Of a stretch of 64,000 nucleotides of DNA, positions 9,568 through 20,201 are shown piece after piece. Origin of the DNA: Silicimonas sp. (GTDB taxonomy: Bacteria; Pseudomonadota; Alphaproteobacteria; Rhodobacterales; Rhodobacteraceae). The position numbers and the translations under genes are program-made. The DNA is taken from contig JAJEFO010000115.1 in assembly GCA_022820365.1 (NCBI GenBank), positions 4,634-68,633 of the forward strand. The letters are read 5' to 3'. Numbering within the stretch: position 1 is the first letter of the stretch; each line of letters opens with the position of its first letter. The notes under the pieces were generated by a model. The model was not told the origin of the DNA and did no database searches. It saw nothing but the letters and a program-made list of their open reading frames with translations.

Positions 9568-10523
9568 GAGCTTGACCCAATGGTTGAGTGGTGGCCCCAA
9601 ATGTGGCTTCCCATCGGTCACCAAACCAAACAGGGAGAGCCACAAGGCTTGGAACGCGACCACTCAGGGGCAGCATAAGCGACCGACGGGGAGGTATGAA
9701 ACCGATTTGACGGATGCCGAATGGTCTGTGGTCGAACCGCTCATCCCGTCCCCTTCAAGACTGGGGTGTCCCCGCATCCTCGACATGCGGGAGGTCTTCA
9801 ACGGGATCCAGTTCATGCTCGGGAGGGGATGCCAGCGGCGAGCGATTCCCAGGTGCTTTCCGCCGTTTGCGTCGATCCAGACCCATTCCTACGCGTGGTG
9901 CCGCACGAGCGTTCTGACGCGGATGCTTGACGCCCTCTGCGCCCATGCGCGCAATCTCGCAGGCCGTTCGGAGGAGCCGACGGCAGGCGCGATCTACAGT
10001 TAGTTGGTGAAGACCACGGAGAGCGGCGGGCCGTCGGGGTGTGATGCCGGAAAGAGGGCAAAGGGCTGGAAGCGACACGTCACGGTGGACGTGGAAGAGT
10101 TCCCGATCGTGATCGAGGTCCACGAGGCCTCGGTGCCGGACCGGGACGGCGCTCCGGACGTAATCCTGGGAATGCTGGAGAATGCGCCGCTGGAAACGAA
10201 ACTGTGGGCGGACGGCGGCTACGCGGGGCCGAAGCTGACGGCGGGGCTGACTGAACGCGGTCTCGGGGCAATCCTGGACATCGTGCACAAGCCCAAGGAG
10301 ACAAGGGGTTTCACGGTCCTCTATCGCCGCTGGGTGGTGGAAAGGAGGTTCGTCTGGATGTCCCGTTGCCGGCGTCGGGCGAAGTATCACGAGCGGAGCC
10401 TGGAGAGTTCCGTTGCCTGGGTGCAGCTTGCAGCCTGCCGATTCCTGATGAGACAGATGGCGCGGGAGATAACATCATGAAATTCATTAATTTAGTCAAA
10501 TATATGACTTATGTTTCAAGCTC
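9568..10523 (+). mobile_element. Decayed IS5-family insertion sequence (boundaries tentative)
   Basis: Contains an IS5/DDE_Tnp_1-type transposase frame. A candidate 8-bp terminal inverted repeat, GAGCTTGA (9568-9575) / TCAAGCTC (10516-10523), is flanked by TAA and TGA. TNA-type target sites are typical of some IS5 subgroups. An 8-bp IR alone could arise by chance, so the ends are uncertain. The left end abuts the stop codon of the Zn-dehydrogenase gene. Confidence 0.55.
9696..10480 (+). pseudogene. IS5-family transposase, inactivated by a frameshift and an in-frame TAG
   Basis: The translation matches the family pattern (M)KTDLTDAEWSVVEPLIP..REVFNGIQFML..DSQSVKTTE..DRDGA..ADGGY..RRWVVERRF. 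The SD-preceded ATG at 9696 is out of frame with the rest; ATGAAACCGAT looks like a 1-nt loss from ATGAAAACCGAT. The conserved S-Q-S-VKT motif reads S-TAG-L-VKT at 10001-10003. Confidence 0.75.
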
Positions 10524-10620
10524 TGAGAGTCGGTCAGGTGAACGAGCTTGGTCACAGTTCGGTTCTCGTGATAATGACCTGCAGATTGGCTGCTTCTCTA
10601 CGCATGATACGCTGGCATGG

Positions 10621-12237
10621 CTAAACCAGTGCCTCCTTCGGCAAAGCCGGTTTGCTCATGATCGCATCGGAGATCTTTTCAGCCGCCATGGTGATCGGAG
10701 CATTGATGTTTGCGGTTGGCACGAGCGGCAGGATCGAACCGTCCACCACTCGCAATCGTTCCACACCGTGCACAAAGCCAACACCATCAGTCACCGCGTC
10801 GTCATCTGTGCCCATCCGACAAGTACCCGCCGGATGATGCTCCGTGTTTGCATTGGCGCGGAACCAGGCGGTCAGCTCTTCATCGCTGTAGTCCGGCAGG
10901 TCCGGGTCAAGCTCTGCATGGCGAAACTCGTTCCACGCCGCCTGATGTGCCATCTCGCGCGTCAATTTGATGCCGTCCAGCATTTCCGCCAGATCTTTGG
11001 GATCGCTCAGATAGTTGAACTGAATTGCAGGATAGTCGCGCGGGTTCGCAGACTTGAGACGGATGTGTCCACGGCTGTAGGGTCGCATTTGCGAGACAAA
11101 GTACTGAAACCCATCCGCCAGCTCGACCTTTCCATCCTGAAAGTCCGCGAGAAAGGGCAGAAACTCATGCTGCAGGTTCGGAAATCCTTCCGGGGCATCG
11201 CCGCTGTTGAAAAACGCCCCCACCTCAAAAAAACTTGAGGTGCCCAGCCCTTTCTTGAACAGCAACCATTCCACACCCAGTTTCGCGCGCCCCACAAAGT
11301 TGAGTTGGCGTTTGATCGAAACAGGTTTGTCGTACCGATAACGGAGCGGTGCCACAACGTGATCTTGCAGGTTTTGCCCGACTCCGGGGATGTGCTGCAC
11401 CATGTCTATGCTATGCGCGCGCAAATGATCCGCATCTCCCACCCCGGAGAGCATCAGAATCTGTGGCGACCCTATGGTTCCCGTGCACAAGATTACTTCT
11501 TTCGCCGCGCGAACGATGTTGGTTTCGCCCTTTTGAACGCATTCAACGCCGACGGCTGTTTTGCCCTCAAAATGGACTTTGTTGACGAAACAGCCTGTCT
11601 TTGTCGTCAGGTTCGGCCGGTTGCTGACCGGATGGAGATAGGCTTCGGCGGCGCTACTTCGGATACCGTTGCGGATTGTTGCCTGGGTGACATGCGCGCC
11701 CTCTTGCCAGGTGCCGTTGTAATCCCGCGACTGAACGAGGCCAAACTGGCCCGCTGCTTCGATGAAGCGATCATAGAAGACGTGATCGGCGCGGCTTTCC
11801 TGGACGCTTAGCGGCCCGTCATGCCCGCGGTTCGGGTCGGTGCTGCCAGCGAAGGTTTCCAAACGTTTGAAATACGGCAGGCAATCTTCGAAATCCCAGC
11901 CCTCAAGGCCAAACTGTCGCCAGCTGTCGAAATCCCGCGGATTGCCGCGTACAAATACCATGCCGTTGATCGCCGAGCTTCCCCCAAGGCACCGCCCGCG
12001 CGCTTGGCCCAAGCTACGCCCGTTCAGATGGGGTTCCGCTTCGCTGGCATACTTCCAGTTGTAGGTGTCGCTTTCGATGGGAAAGGTGAGCGCCGCCGGC
12101 ATCTGAATGATTATGCTCTTGTCCGAAGGCCCCGCCTCCAGAACGCACACCGAATTCTGCGCTTCTGAAGACAGTCGGTTGGCGAGAACGCAACCGGCCG
12201 AACCGGCCCCGACAATGACATAGTCGAACTCTTGCAT
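10621..12237 (-). CDS. GMC-family FAD-dependent oxidoreductase (choline dehydrogenase-like)
   Basis: FAD motif DYVIVGAGSAGCVLANRLS, then GGSSAINGM and a C-terminal HPAGTCRMG. I prefer the start at ATG 12237 (SD ggaggag 7 nt upstream). An alternative GTG at 12264 overlaps the upstream stop (GTGA). Confidence 0.85.
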   Translation of the reverse strand: MQEFDYVIVGAGSAGCVLANRLSSEAQNSVCVLEAGPSDKSIIIQMPAALTFPIESDTYNWKYASEAEPHLNGRSLGQARGRCLGGSSAINGMVFVRGNPRDFDSWRQFGLEGWDFEDCLPYFKRLETFAGSTDPNRGHDGPLSVQESRADHVFYDRFIEAAGQFGLVQSRDYNGTWQEGAHVTQATIRNGIRSSAAEAYLHPVSNRPNLTTKTGCFVNKVHFEGKTAVGVECVQKGETNIVRAAKEVILCTGTIGSPQILMLSGVGDADHLRAHSIDMVQHIPGVGQNLQDHVVAPLRYRYDKPVSIKRQLNFVGRAKLGVEWLLFKKGLGTSSFFEVGAFFNSGDAPEGFPNLQHEFLPFLADFQDGKVELADGFQYFVSQMRPYSRGHIRLKSANPRDYPAIQFNYLSDPKDLAEMLDGIKLTREMAHQAAWNEFRHAELDPDLPDYSDEELTAWFRANANTEHHPAGTCRMGTDDDAVTDGVGFVHGVERLRVVDGSILPLVPTANINAPITMAAEKISDAIMSKPALPKEALV

Positions 12238-12260
12238 GGCAAGACTCCTCCAGTCCTTGC

Positions 12261-13325
12261 TCACTCAACCGCTGTGATCTTTGACGCATTCAAGAAGTCG
12301 CCGGGGACAAAGCCACGTGCGATAGACAGAGGGATTTGAAGTGTCTGCGTTGGAATGACTTCAAGTATTGGAACTGCATCCGCAGCGACTGCCGGAAAAC
12401 TCACAACTTTCAGCTTGTCGGACTCGGGCATGGATGGAATGTGCTCGCCATTGCAGAGTACAAGTGACTTGCCGCCGTGCTTCAAAATGGTGTGCAAGAG
12501 CGCGTTGTTGATATCTGTGACCGCATCGTCACCGAAGTAAAACACGCTGACAAAGCCATCGCGGAGCAATTCGACCGGCCCGTGTCGAAACCCGCCGCCC
12601 GAGAAAGCGGACGAATGCAGTTTCGCGCCCTCCGACGTTATTAGAGCCGAAATCTGTGCAGACGTGTAACTGTGTCCACGGCCGATAAAGCAAACGGGTG
12701 TCTCCGAACCGAGAAATTCTGCAATCTCTTCGTTTCTTGCGAGCATCTCAGCCGTAAAGTTCCGAACTGCGTTTGCGGCAATCGCAATGTCTGTTCTGGC
12801 CTCGGCCTCATCGGTGCCCGTCAAATGCGCGCACAGGAGCTTCAGGACCGCCAGGCCACCGGTATACGACTTTGTAGAGACCGTGCTTTCCGGGCCAGCA
12901 TTGGACAACAAGGCAACATTCGCCCAATTCGCAAGCGAATTTCCAGGTCCGTTCGTTACGCTGATTGATGCACCCGGCTGTTGTTCCAGCCTCGTGATGC
13001 GTGCGACTTCACCGCTTTCTCCGGACTGCGATGTTGCGATGATCAGTGTTTGCGCATCGATAATGCTTGCAATTTGTTGCGTCAGTTCAGACGCATCAAT
13101 CAACATGACCGGAATATCCAGAGCTTTGCTCAGTTCAAGCCAGCTTGGGTAAGAACCAATCAGAGATCCCCCCATGCCTGTCAGAATGACCTTTGTGAAC
13201 GCTCCGCTCTTGATCCGCGCACAAAGATCTACCAGTCTCTGGATAGTATTGTCATCAAAGCCGTCGGCAATCTTTGACAGAACATGCGGCTGCTCGTGAA
13301 TCTCATCCAGATAAGACTGTCCCAT
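12261..13325 (-). CDS. Double-SIS-domain sugar-phosphate isomerase/deaminase (GlmS C-terminal / AgaS / NagB-II / FrlB-like)
   Basis: 354 aa with two SIS modules, carrying the motifs LTGMGGS and TSQSGES. Confidence 0.8.
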   Translation of the reverse strand: MGQSYLDEIHEQPHVLSKIADGFDDNTIQRLVDLCARIKSGAFTKVILTGMGGSLIGSYPSWLELSKALDIPVMLIDASELTQQIASIIDAQTLIIATSQSGESGEVARITRLEQQPGASISVTNGPGNSLANWANVALLSNAGPESTVSTKSYTGGLAVLKLLCAHLTGTDEAEARTDIAIAANAVRNFTAEMLARNEEIAEFLGSETPVCFIGRGHSYTSAQISALITSEGAKLHSSAFSGGGFRHGPVELLRDGFVSVFYFGDDAVTDINNALLHTILKHGGKSLVLCNGEHIPSMPESDKLKVVSFPAVAADAVPILEVIPTQTLQIPLSIARGFVPGDFLNASKITAVE

Positions 13326-14298
13326 TTTCCATTTCTTTTGTTTGTCGTAGCGCGGTTATCGCGGCGCCCATAATTCCCGCTGAGTTCCCAAGTTCCGCCT
13401 GAACAAATTGCAGGTCTTCAAAATAGTAGGGCAGCCCCATGTGTCGGGATTTCGTCGCGATTTCATCGACGTACCCTTGCCCGGCTGCGCTCCAACCACC
13501 GCCAAAAGCGATCATCTGCGGTGCAAACATGTGGGTGAGACCAGTGATCCACATGGCAAGCCAGTGGCTCGTTTCATCCATGATTCTGACACAGGCCGGA
13601 TCACCGGCGCGTACGCCCGCGATCAGGTCCCGAACGGTAGGCCTAGATCCACTCGACACGATGTCGGGCAGATGCCCGGCCCGATCTGCAGCAAGAACTT
13701 CTTCAATCCTGCGGTTCAGCGCCTCACCTGATGCGACTGATTCAACGCATCCGAAGCACCCTTGTCGGCATCCATGCTCAAGACTTGGGTCAACAATCAG
13801 ATGGCCCGCGTCACCCATTGCGCCATTGCCAGTCAAAATCGGCACCCCGTCTTCGACAAATCCGGTACCAAGACCGGTGCCAAGCGTGATCATCAGAAAC
13901 CGAGAAACACCCTTGCCTGACCCCAGAGCCTGTTCACCAACGGCCGCGAAAATGGCGTCGTTTTCAATGAAGACCGGACAGTCCAGCTCTGTTTCCGCAA
14001 GTCCTCGTATGTCCAGGTCATCAATCGCGGGAACATTGCTTTTGAATGTCGTGGTGTGATCTTGATCGACATACCCCGGCACACCAATTCCCAGCCCCGA
14101 CAGTCGGCCTTCCGTGTGGGCGGCAAGTTTAGCTTTCAACTGCGAGAGGAATGCCAGGAGAATTTCTGTGCCATTCTGCGAGGGCGGTATTTTGACTTGG
14201 AACTGCTCGACCATCGTTCCGGCGGACGAGACCAGTCCGATTTTTGCGCTGCCGCCACCGATATCGATACCTGCGGCCAAAGGGGCTGTCAGTGTCAT
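13303..14298 (-). CDS. ROK-family sugar kinase
   Basis: N-terminal ATP motif GIDIGGGSAKIG and the ROK Cys motif CRQGCFGCVE. The start at ATG 14298 (MTLTAP) overlaps the TGA of the decayed upstream regulator frame (ATGA). The N-terminal 190 aa of ORF 13303..14877 belong to that pseudogene. Confidence 0.8.
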   Translation of the reverse strand: MTLTAPLAAGIDIGGGSAKIGLVSSAGTMVEQFQVKIPPSQNGTEILLAFLSQLKAKLAAHTEGRLSGLGIGVPGYVDQDHTTTFKSNVPAIDDLDIRGLAETELDCPVFIENDAIFAAVGEQALGSGKGVSRFLMITLGTGLGTGFVEDGVPILTGNGAMGDAGHLIVDPSLEHGCRQGCFGCVESVASGEALNRRIEEVLAADRAGHLPDIVSSGSRPTVRDLIAGVRAGDPACVRIMDETSHWLAMWITGLTHMFAPQMIAFGGGWSAAGQGYVDEIATKSRHMGLPYYFEDLQFVQAELGNSAGIMGAAITALRQTKEMENGTVLSG

Positions 14299-15215
14299 CT
14301 CGAGGCCCATCCGAGCATATGTCGCCGGATGGTCAAAGCACATTCTTTGCTTCGGTAGACCGACTCCGCATGCTCCAGCACTTCGTCCAGTTCCGTTGAA
14401 CTGACACGCCAAGCGCTCATGACCAGATCGTCTTCCGCGATTTGCAGAGCATTGGACTAGACTTTGTTGGCGACGCCGACCTAACACGGCATCCGTCCAA
14501 GCGGGTTCGAATCTCCTTTTTTTCACAAGCAACTGAGATAGGGATGCGTCTTCCCAGTTCAGCGAGTCGATATCCGGATAGCGAAGCGCTGGCAGATAGG
14601 CTTCTTCATGTGCAATGGGCTCATCATTCGCGATGCGGGCCCGCTGCAGAATTTGACACTCTTGCTCCGCATTCGATCTTTCAAAGACGTAAGGCCGCAT
14701 CCCGTCCGGCAAGCGAATGACATGCTCAAAGCCAAGCAAGGCCGAGCCGGGATGCAGACCCGCTTTTGAGACCTCCGAGGAGAAACTGTTTGGTCCGGTC
14801 ATGCCCCGAACATGACCGATCGGGCGTATGTGCCTCCGCCGCGCTCTTTGTAAATTGGAATTCACCCGCCAGATCATGCTCAGAATGCAGCCGCATGGCT
14901 GTCTCCATATCCGAGGATGCCTTGTTCATTGAGCGCAAGCCCCGGGATCCCTCGATCTCCGGCAACCAGCCAACGGTCTGCAGAGACGGAAATTCCCAAG
15001 CCCGACGGCCAGCCTCTTCGGTGAGCAAGGTCCGCACGGAGTACAAGCGTTCGATTTCATCGAACGCTTCCTACACCCGCTTGCGGGCTTCCGTGTTGAT
15101 CGCAACGTTCCCGAGTCTCTCCGCGCGTACCAAATCTTTCATGGACAGCTGTGACAGATGCTCGCCCCAGCCGATCGAGGCCAAATGAGCAAACGAACGA
15201 ACAGCTATTCTGCAG
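14295..15215 (-). pseudogene. GntR/HutC-family regulator (wHTH + UTRA), multiply disrupted
   Basis: Homologous segments are spread over three frames. wHTH: LSMKDLVRAERLGNVAINTEARKRV-TAG-EAFDEIERLYSVRT. UTRA: RARIANDEPIAHEEAYLPALRYPDI..DASLSQLL. C-terminus: SNALQIAEDDLVMSAWR..AESVYRSKECALTI. In-frame TAG codons occur at 15071-15073, 14481-14483 and 14457-14459. There are at least two frameshifts, one near the T7 run at 14517-14523. The N-terminus abuts the trmFO stop with no start codon. Confidence 0.6.
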
Positions 15216-16560
15216 TGCCAAGACTGCTCGTCGCCAACCAAGACTTCCAGTCCCGTTTGGCTCGGTCCGTATAAGCCTTGTATCGGTCGCGACGTCCGCG
15301 TCGACCGCCTCGGGCATCGATGGGCGGGAACAGGCCGAAATTCACATTCATCGGTTGAAAGGTGCGTGCCTCGGCACCGCCGGTGACATGATTGACGAGT
15401 GCACCAATGGCCGTGGTCGGCGGTGCGGGTGGAAGTGACCGACCAGTCATCGTCGCGGCCGCCATGCAACCTGCCATCAAACCCATTGCTGCGGATTCCA
15501 CGTAGCCCTCGACGCCGGTGATTTGTCCCGCAAACCGGATATGTGGCTTTGAGCGAAGACGCATCTGTTCGTCGAGCAGTCGGGGCGAATTGATGAATGT
15601 ATTCCTGTGAATGCCCCCAAGACGAGCAAATCTGGCGTTATTCAATCCAGGAATCATTTTGAGAACATTAACTTGTGCGCCGTATTTCATCTTCGTTTGG
15701 AACCCTACGATGTTGAACAGCGTGCCAAGCTTGTTGTCTCGTCTGAGCTGAACGACGGCGTAGGGCTTTTGATCCGGTGCATGCGTGTTGGTCAGTCCAA
15801 CCGGCTTCATCGGTCCATGACGCAGGGTCTCGCGACCGCGCTCGGCCATCACCTCAATTGGCAGGCAACCGTCAAAGTATTTTGCTGTTTCTCCGACACG
15901 AAATTCCATCTTTTCGGCTTGAAGCAAGGCGTCCACGAAAGCTTCGTACTCGTCTCGCGTCATTGGACAGTTGATGTAGGCTTTGCGTTCGTCTTCCGTC
16001 TCGCCCTTGTCATAACGCGACTGCTCCCAGGCAACGGACATGTCCACGCTGTCCGCGTAGACGATCGGAGCTATGGCATCAAAGAAGGCCAGGCTTTCTT
16101 CACCGCTTTCTGCCTGCAGCGCTTTGCCGAGAGCGTTTGAAGTAAGCGGGCCGGTCGCAAAGATCCATTGGCCGTCTTCGGGCAGGTTGGTGATCTCTCC
16201 TGTTTCGAGTGTGACATTTGAATGCGACAGCAGCTTCGAAGTCACGGAATCTGCAAATGCCTCGCGATCCACCGCGAGCGCACCGCCAGCGGGAAGGCGG
16301 TGGTGGTCGCCTGCCTCGATGACAATTCCGCCGGCTTGCCTCATTTCCCAGTGCAGGAGACCTACGGCATTATGCTCATCGTCGTCGGACCTGAACGAAT
16401 TCGAGCACACCAGTTCCGCCAGCTTTCCGGTCTTGTGGGCGAAGGTTCCGCACTTTGGCCGCATCTCGTGCAAGATAACCTGGATTCCCCGCTGGGCGGC
16501 CTGCCATGCGGCTTCGGAACCCGCGAGGCCACCGCCAACGATATGTAGAGTGTCTGACAT
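15205..16560 (-). CDS. trmFO: Methylenetetrahydrofolate--tRNA-(uracil-5-)-methyltransferase
   Basis: [36 protein letters not shown] is the TrmFO/Gid family pattern. The start is placed at ATG 16560. Confidence 0.9.
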   Translation of the reverse strand: MSDTLHIVGGGLAGSEAAWQAAQRGIQVILHEMRPKCGTFAHKTGKLAELVCSNSFRSDDDEHNAVGLLHWEMRQAGGIVIEAGDHHRLPAGGALAVDREAFADSVTSKLLSHSNVTLETGEITNLPEDGQWIFATGPLTSNALGKALQAESGEESLAFFDAIAPIVYADSVDMSVAWEQSRYDKGETEDERKAYINCPMTRDEYEAFVDALLQAEKMEFRVGETAKYFDGCLPIEVMAERGRETLRHGPMKPVGLTNTHAPDQKPYAVVQLRRDNKLGTLFNIVGFQTKMKYGAQVNVLKMIPGLNNARFARLGGIHRNTFINSPRLLDEQMRLRSKPHIRFAGQITGVEGYVESAAMGLMAGCMAAATMTGRSLPPAPPTTAIGALVNHVTGGAEARTFQPMNVNFGLFPPIDARGGRRGRRDRYKAYTDRAKRDWKSWLATSSLGTAE

Positions 16561-16731
16561 GCCCGCGATGTAGCGCCCGCGGCGCAGTTTTGAAAGAGCG
16601 GCGTTCCTTGCACTCGGCGCACGCTCCGGCATGCCCTGGCAAATGGCAAGCCACCGCTCGCAGGCACCCGACCTGCAGGATGCCCACGGATGTCAGGGAG
16701 GACTGGCCGAGATCCGGATCCCGGTGAAAGT

Positions 16732-19473
16732 TCAATCGTCAGGAGCTGGCTCGTCGCTTTCCGCTTCACCTTGATCTGCAATCCAGGCGACCGAGACGAC
16801 CAGCTCGCCTTCGGATGCATTCAGGACCTTGACGCCGCCAGCAGTGCGGGACCGGAAGGAAATGTCCTCGATCGGAACGCGGATGGACTGGCCGGTCGAC
16901 GTTGCCAGCATGATCTGGTCGGACAGGTCCACAGGGAAGGACGCGACCAGCGGGCCGTCGCGCAGGGCCTTGTCCATGGCGAGGACACCTTTGCCGCCAC
17001 GCTGGCGCACGGGATAGCCGTGACTGGAGGACAGTTTGCCGGTCCCGCCCGACGTGATCGTGAGGATCAGGTCTTCTGCTGCGGACATTTCCGCATAACG
17101 CTCGGGCGAAAGCTGGCCGTCTGCGTTAACGTCGTCGTCCGCATCCGCATCGTCTTCCGGCATGCCAGCCATCAACCGCCTCTGCTTGAGGTAGGCGCTC
17201 CGCTCGGCCGGATCGGCTTCAAAATGCCGGATCACGGCCATCGACACGACATGGTCGTCGCCAGCCAGCTTGATGCCGCGTACGCCGGTCGAGCCACGGC
17301 CCTTGAAGATGCGCACGGCTGTTGTCGGGAAACGGATGGCTCGCCCGCGTGCCGTTACGAGCATTATGTCATCATTTTCTGTGCAGATTCTGGCATTTAC
17401 AAGAGACACTTCATCCGGGAGCTTCATCGCGATTTTGCCATTTGCCTTGACGTTCGTGAAGTCGCTAAGGGCATTGCGCCGCACGTCGCCGTCCGAAGTC
17501 GCAAAGAAAATCTGCAACTGGTCCCATTCTTCCTCATCACGGTCGGTCGGCATTATTGCCGCGATGGATACGCCTGATGGAATTGGCAAGATGTTAACTA
17601 TGGCCTTTCCCCGCGAAGTGCGTCCGCCCAGCGGCAATCGCCATGTTTTGAGCTTATACACCATTCCGTCTGTCGTGAAGAACAGGAGCTGGGCATGCGT
17701 GCTGGCCACGAACAGGGTGGTGACCACGTCATCGTCCTTGAGCGAGCCGCCCGAAAGCCCCTTGCCGCCGCGCTTCTGGGACCGGAATTCCACTAGCGCA
17801 GTCCGCTTGATGTATCCCTCTGCGGTGACTGTGACGACCATGTCCTCGCGCTCGATCAGGTCTTCGTCCTCAAGGTCACCATCCCATTCGATGATTTCGC
17901 TGCGACGTGGCACGGCGAACCTTTGCCGGACGTCACGAAGCTCGTCCGAAATGATTGCCATAATGCGTTCATGCGACGAAAGAATGTCCAAGAAATCCAT
18001 TATGCTTGCGGCCAGTTCCTCAAGCTCGTCCGTGACTTCCTTGACGCCGATTTGCGTGAGACGGTTCAGGCGCAAGTCCAGTATGGCGCGGGCCTGGGTT
18101 TCCGAAAGGTTGTACGTGCCGTCCTCGTTGATCATGTGGTTGGGGTCATCAATCAGGCGAATGTACTCGGCAATGTCCTTTGCGGGCCAGCGCCGCTCCA
18201 TCAGCTTCAAGCGCGCTTCGGCAGCGTCTGCTGAGGCTCGAATCGCGGCAACCACTTCGTCCACGTTGGACACGGCAACGGCGAGGCCGCACAGTACATG
18301 ACTTCGCTCGCGTGCCTTGCGCAGGTCGAAAGCGGTGCGGCGCGCCACGACTTCTTCCCTGAACTCTATGAAACACGAGAGAAAGTCCCGGAGCGTGAGC
18401 TGCTCCGGGCGTCCATGGTTCAAGGCCAGCATGTTGCAGCCGAACGAAGTCTGCATCGGCGTAAAGCGATACAATTGGTTCAGCACGACTTCGGGGGTTG
18501 CGTCGCGCTTAAGTTCAATGACCACGCGCACACCGACCCGGTCACTTTCGTCGGCAACGGACGAAATGCCTTCGATCCTTTTCTCGCGCACGAGATCCGC
18601 GATTTTCTCAACCATTGCCGCCTTGTTGACCTGATAGGGGACTTCGTCGACGATAATCGCGAAACGATCCTTGCGTACCTCCTCAATGCGAGTCTTGGCC
18701 CGTGTGATGACGCTGCCGCGCCCCTCCAAATATGCCTTGCGGGATCCGGAACGTCCCAGGATGAGGCCTCCCGTCGGAAAGTCTGGCCCCTGAACGATTT
18801 CGATCAGGCGCTCCGAAGAGAGGTCGGGGTCCTCGATGAGCGCCAACGTGGCATCTATGACCTCGCCTAGGTTGTGCGGTGGGATATTGGTTGCCATCCC
18901 GACTGCGATCCCGCCTGCACCGTTGACAAGCATGTTCGGAAAACGCACGGGAAGCACCGTGGGCTCCTGGTCTTTCCCGTCGTAATTGTCAGTAAAATCA
19001 ACGGTTTCCTTCTCGATGTCGGCCAAGAGGGAAGAGGCTGGCCTGTCCATGCGGACTTCGGTGTACCGCATGGCGGCCGGATTGTCGCCGTCCATCGAGC
19101 CAAAGTTGCCTTGGCCGTCCAGCAATGGCAGCGACATGGAGAAGGGCTGCGCCATGCGCACGAGCGCGTCATAGATGGCGCCGTCGCCATGGGGGTGGTA
19201 CTTGCCCATGGTGTCGCCAACCGGCCTTGCGGACTTGCGATATGGCTTGTCGTGCGTGTTTCCGGTCTCGTGCATTGCGTAAAGAATTCGGCGATGCACG
19301 GGTTTCAGGCCGTCCCGCAAGTCTGGAATGGCTCGGGAGACGATCACGCTCATCGAGTAGTCAAGATACGAGGTTCGCATCTCTTCCTCGATCGTGACCG
19401 TCGGGCCGTCGTAGCGCGGCGGAACAGGCGGGAACTCTTCCGCGTCGTCCGATGCTTCAGGAGTTTCGTTCAA
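16732..19473 (-). CDS. gyrA: DNA gyrase subunit A
   Basis: [30 protein letters not shown] and the active-site region [12 protein letters not shown], in a 913-aa protein with a C-terminal beta-pinwheel region. Confidence 0.95.
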   Translation of the reverse strand: MNETPEASDDAEEFPPVPPRYDGPTVTIEEEMRTSYLDYSMSVIVSRAIPDLRDGLKPVHRRILYAMHETGNTHDKPYRKSARPVGDTMGKYHPHGDGAIYDALVRMAQPFSMSLPLLDGQGNFGSMDGDNPAAMRYTEVRMDRPASSLLADIEKETVDFTDNYDGKDQEPTVLPVRFPNMLVNGAGGIAVGMATNIPPHNLGEVIDATLALIEDPDLSSERLIEIVQGPDFPTGGLILGRSGSRKAYLEGRGSVITRAKTRIEEVRKDRFAIIVDEVPYQVNKAAMVEKIADLVREKRIEGISSVADESDRVGVRVVIELKRDATPEVVLNQLYRFTPMQTSFGCNMLALNHGRPEQLTLRDFLSCFIEFREEVVARRTAFDLRKARERSHVLCGLAVAVSNVDEVVAAIRASADAAEARLKLMERRWPAKDIAEYIRLIDDPNHMINEDGTYNLSETQARAILDLRLNRLTQIGVKEVTDELEELAASIMDFLDILSSHERIMAIISDELRDVRQRFAVPRRSEIIEWDGDLEDEDLIEREDMVVTVTAEGYIKRTALVEFRSQKRGGKGLSGGSLKDDDVVTTLFVASTHAQLLFFTTDGMVYKLKTWRLPLGGRTSRGKAIVNILPIPSGVSIAAIMPTDRDEEEWDQLQIFFATSDGDVRRNALSDFTNVKANGKIAMKLPDEVSLVNARICTENDDIMLVTARGRAIRFPTTAVRIFKGRGSTGVRGIKLAGDDHVVSMAVIRHFEADPAERSAYLKQRRLMAGMPEDDADADDDVNADGQLSPERYAEMSAAEDLILTITSGGTGKLSSSHGYPVRQRGGKGVLAMDKALRDGPLVASFPVDLSDQIMLATSTGQSIRVPIEDISFRSRTAGGVKVLNASEGELVVSVAWIADQGEAESDEPAPDD

Positions 19474-19692
19474 GAAGTTGCCTCTTCTTCACCGATGGAC
19501 CATATCTCGTTACCAGCACCATATCAGACGCCATTGATGGTGTGCAATGGAAGACTTTTTTCGCAACGCGGCGTCGAGAATTCCGATGCGTACGTTCCGG
19601 ACGCGAAACGCTGGACACAGACCGAAATTGAGATCTGCTCCGGTTCAGTACAGAATGACGCCTAAGCCCGCAGTGCACGTGCACGTAGTCCC

Positions 19693-19879
19693 GGGATTTT
19701 CCGTTTGGGCCAACGTATTGGTTGGGAGTGACGAGCTTCACACCCAGTTCATTGCAAAGCTCTGAAACGGATGTGTCGGGTTGGCCATTCCAGCTTGAGC
19801 CATGCGAACTTGAGCCTTGGATACGCGTGCATGGCCGATCAGGATTAAATTTGGATCTTCTGCGCCGCCGTTTTAGCAT
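19693..19879 (-). pseudogene. HTH remnant of a mobile-element protein (IS3 OrfA-like or serine-recombinase-like)
   Basis: MLKRRRRRSKFNPD..DTSVSELCNELGVKLVTPNQYV resembles the KRxRRxFxPEFK..SVxxVAxELGVxxxTLxxWV pattern of IS3-type OrfA, or a resolvase C-terminal HTH. No catalytic domain follows. It overlaps the cupin gene 3' end in another frame. Confidence 0.3.
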
Positions 19880-20201
19880 CGCCTGTATTGGGTGTGCCCT
19901 TTGGCTCAATCAATAAAATATGGGCTTCTTCCTGCGCAACGGGCCGGTGTTGAACGCCTTGCGGGACAACGTAAAGCTCTCCTGGCTTCAGGATGACATT
20001 CCCCAGTTCTGTCTCAATTGTCACGATGCCGTTCAGAACGAGGAAAAAGTCATCTGTGTCGTCATGCGAGTGCCAGACAAATTCCCCTTTGACCTTCACC
20101 ACCATCACATCGTGTCCGTTGAACTGCGAGACGATTTTCGGTGACCAGTATTCAGAAAACTTGCTGAGCTTTTCAGAAAGATTCACAGCTTTGGCTGTCA
20201 T
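19845..20201 (-). CDS. Cupin-domain protein (118 aa)
   Basis: Cupin_2 pattern GEFVWHSHDDTDDFFLVLNG..PGELYVVPQGVQHRP. G+C is visibly lower than in the neighbours (by eye). Confidence 0.8.
   Translation of the reverse strand: MTAKAVNLSEKLSKFSEYWSPKIVSQFNGHDVMVVKVKGEFVWHSHDDTDDFFLVLNGIVTIETELGNVILKPGELYVVPQGVQHRPVAQEEAHILLIEPKGTPNTGDAKTAAQKIQI

Noticed and set aside
14501-14523. tRNA T-loop-like GCGGGTTCGAATCTCC followed by a T7 run, considered as a possible tRNA fragment or att site
   Set aside because: The flanking bases do not form a T-stem or acceptor stem. The stretch lies inside the UTRA-homologous frame of the HutC pseudogene, and there is no integrase nearby.
9568-15215. All in-frame stops in the broken transposase and HutC genes are TAG, which raised the idea of amber suppression or recoding
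   Set aside because: TAG terminates clearly intact genes here (the LacI-type regulator, mtlK, trmFO). Both affected genes also carry frameshifts. I saw no pyl or suppressor-tRNA genes in the window.
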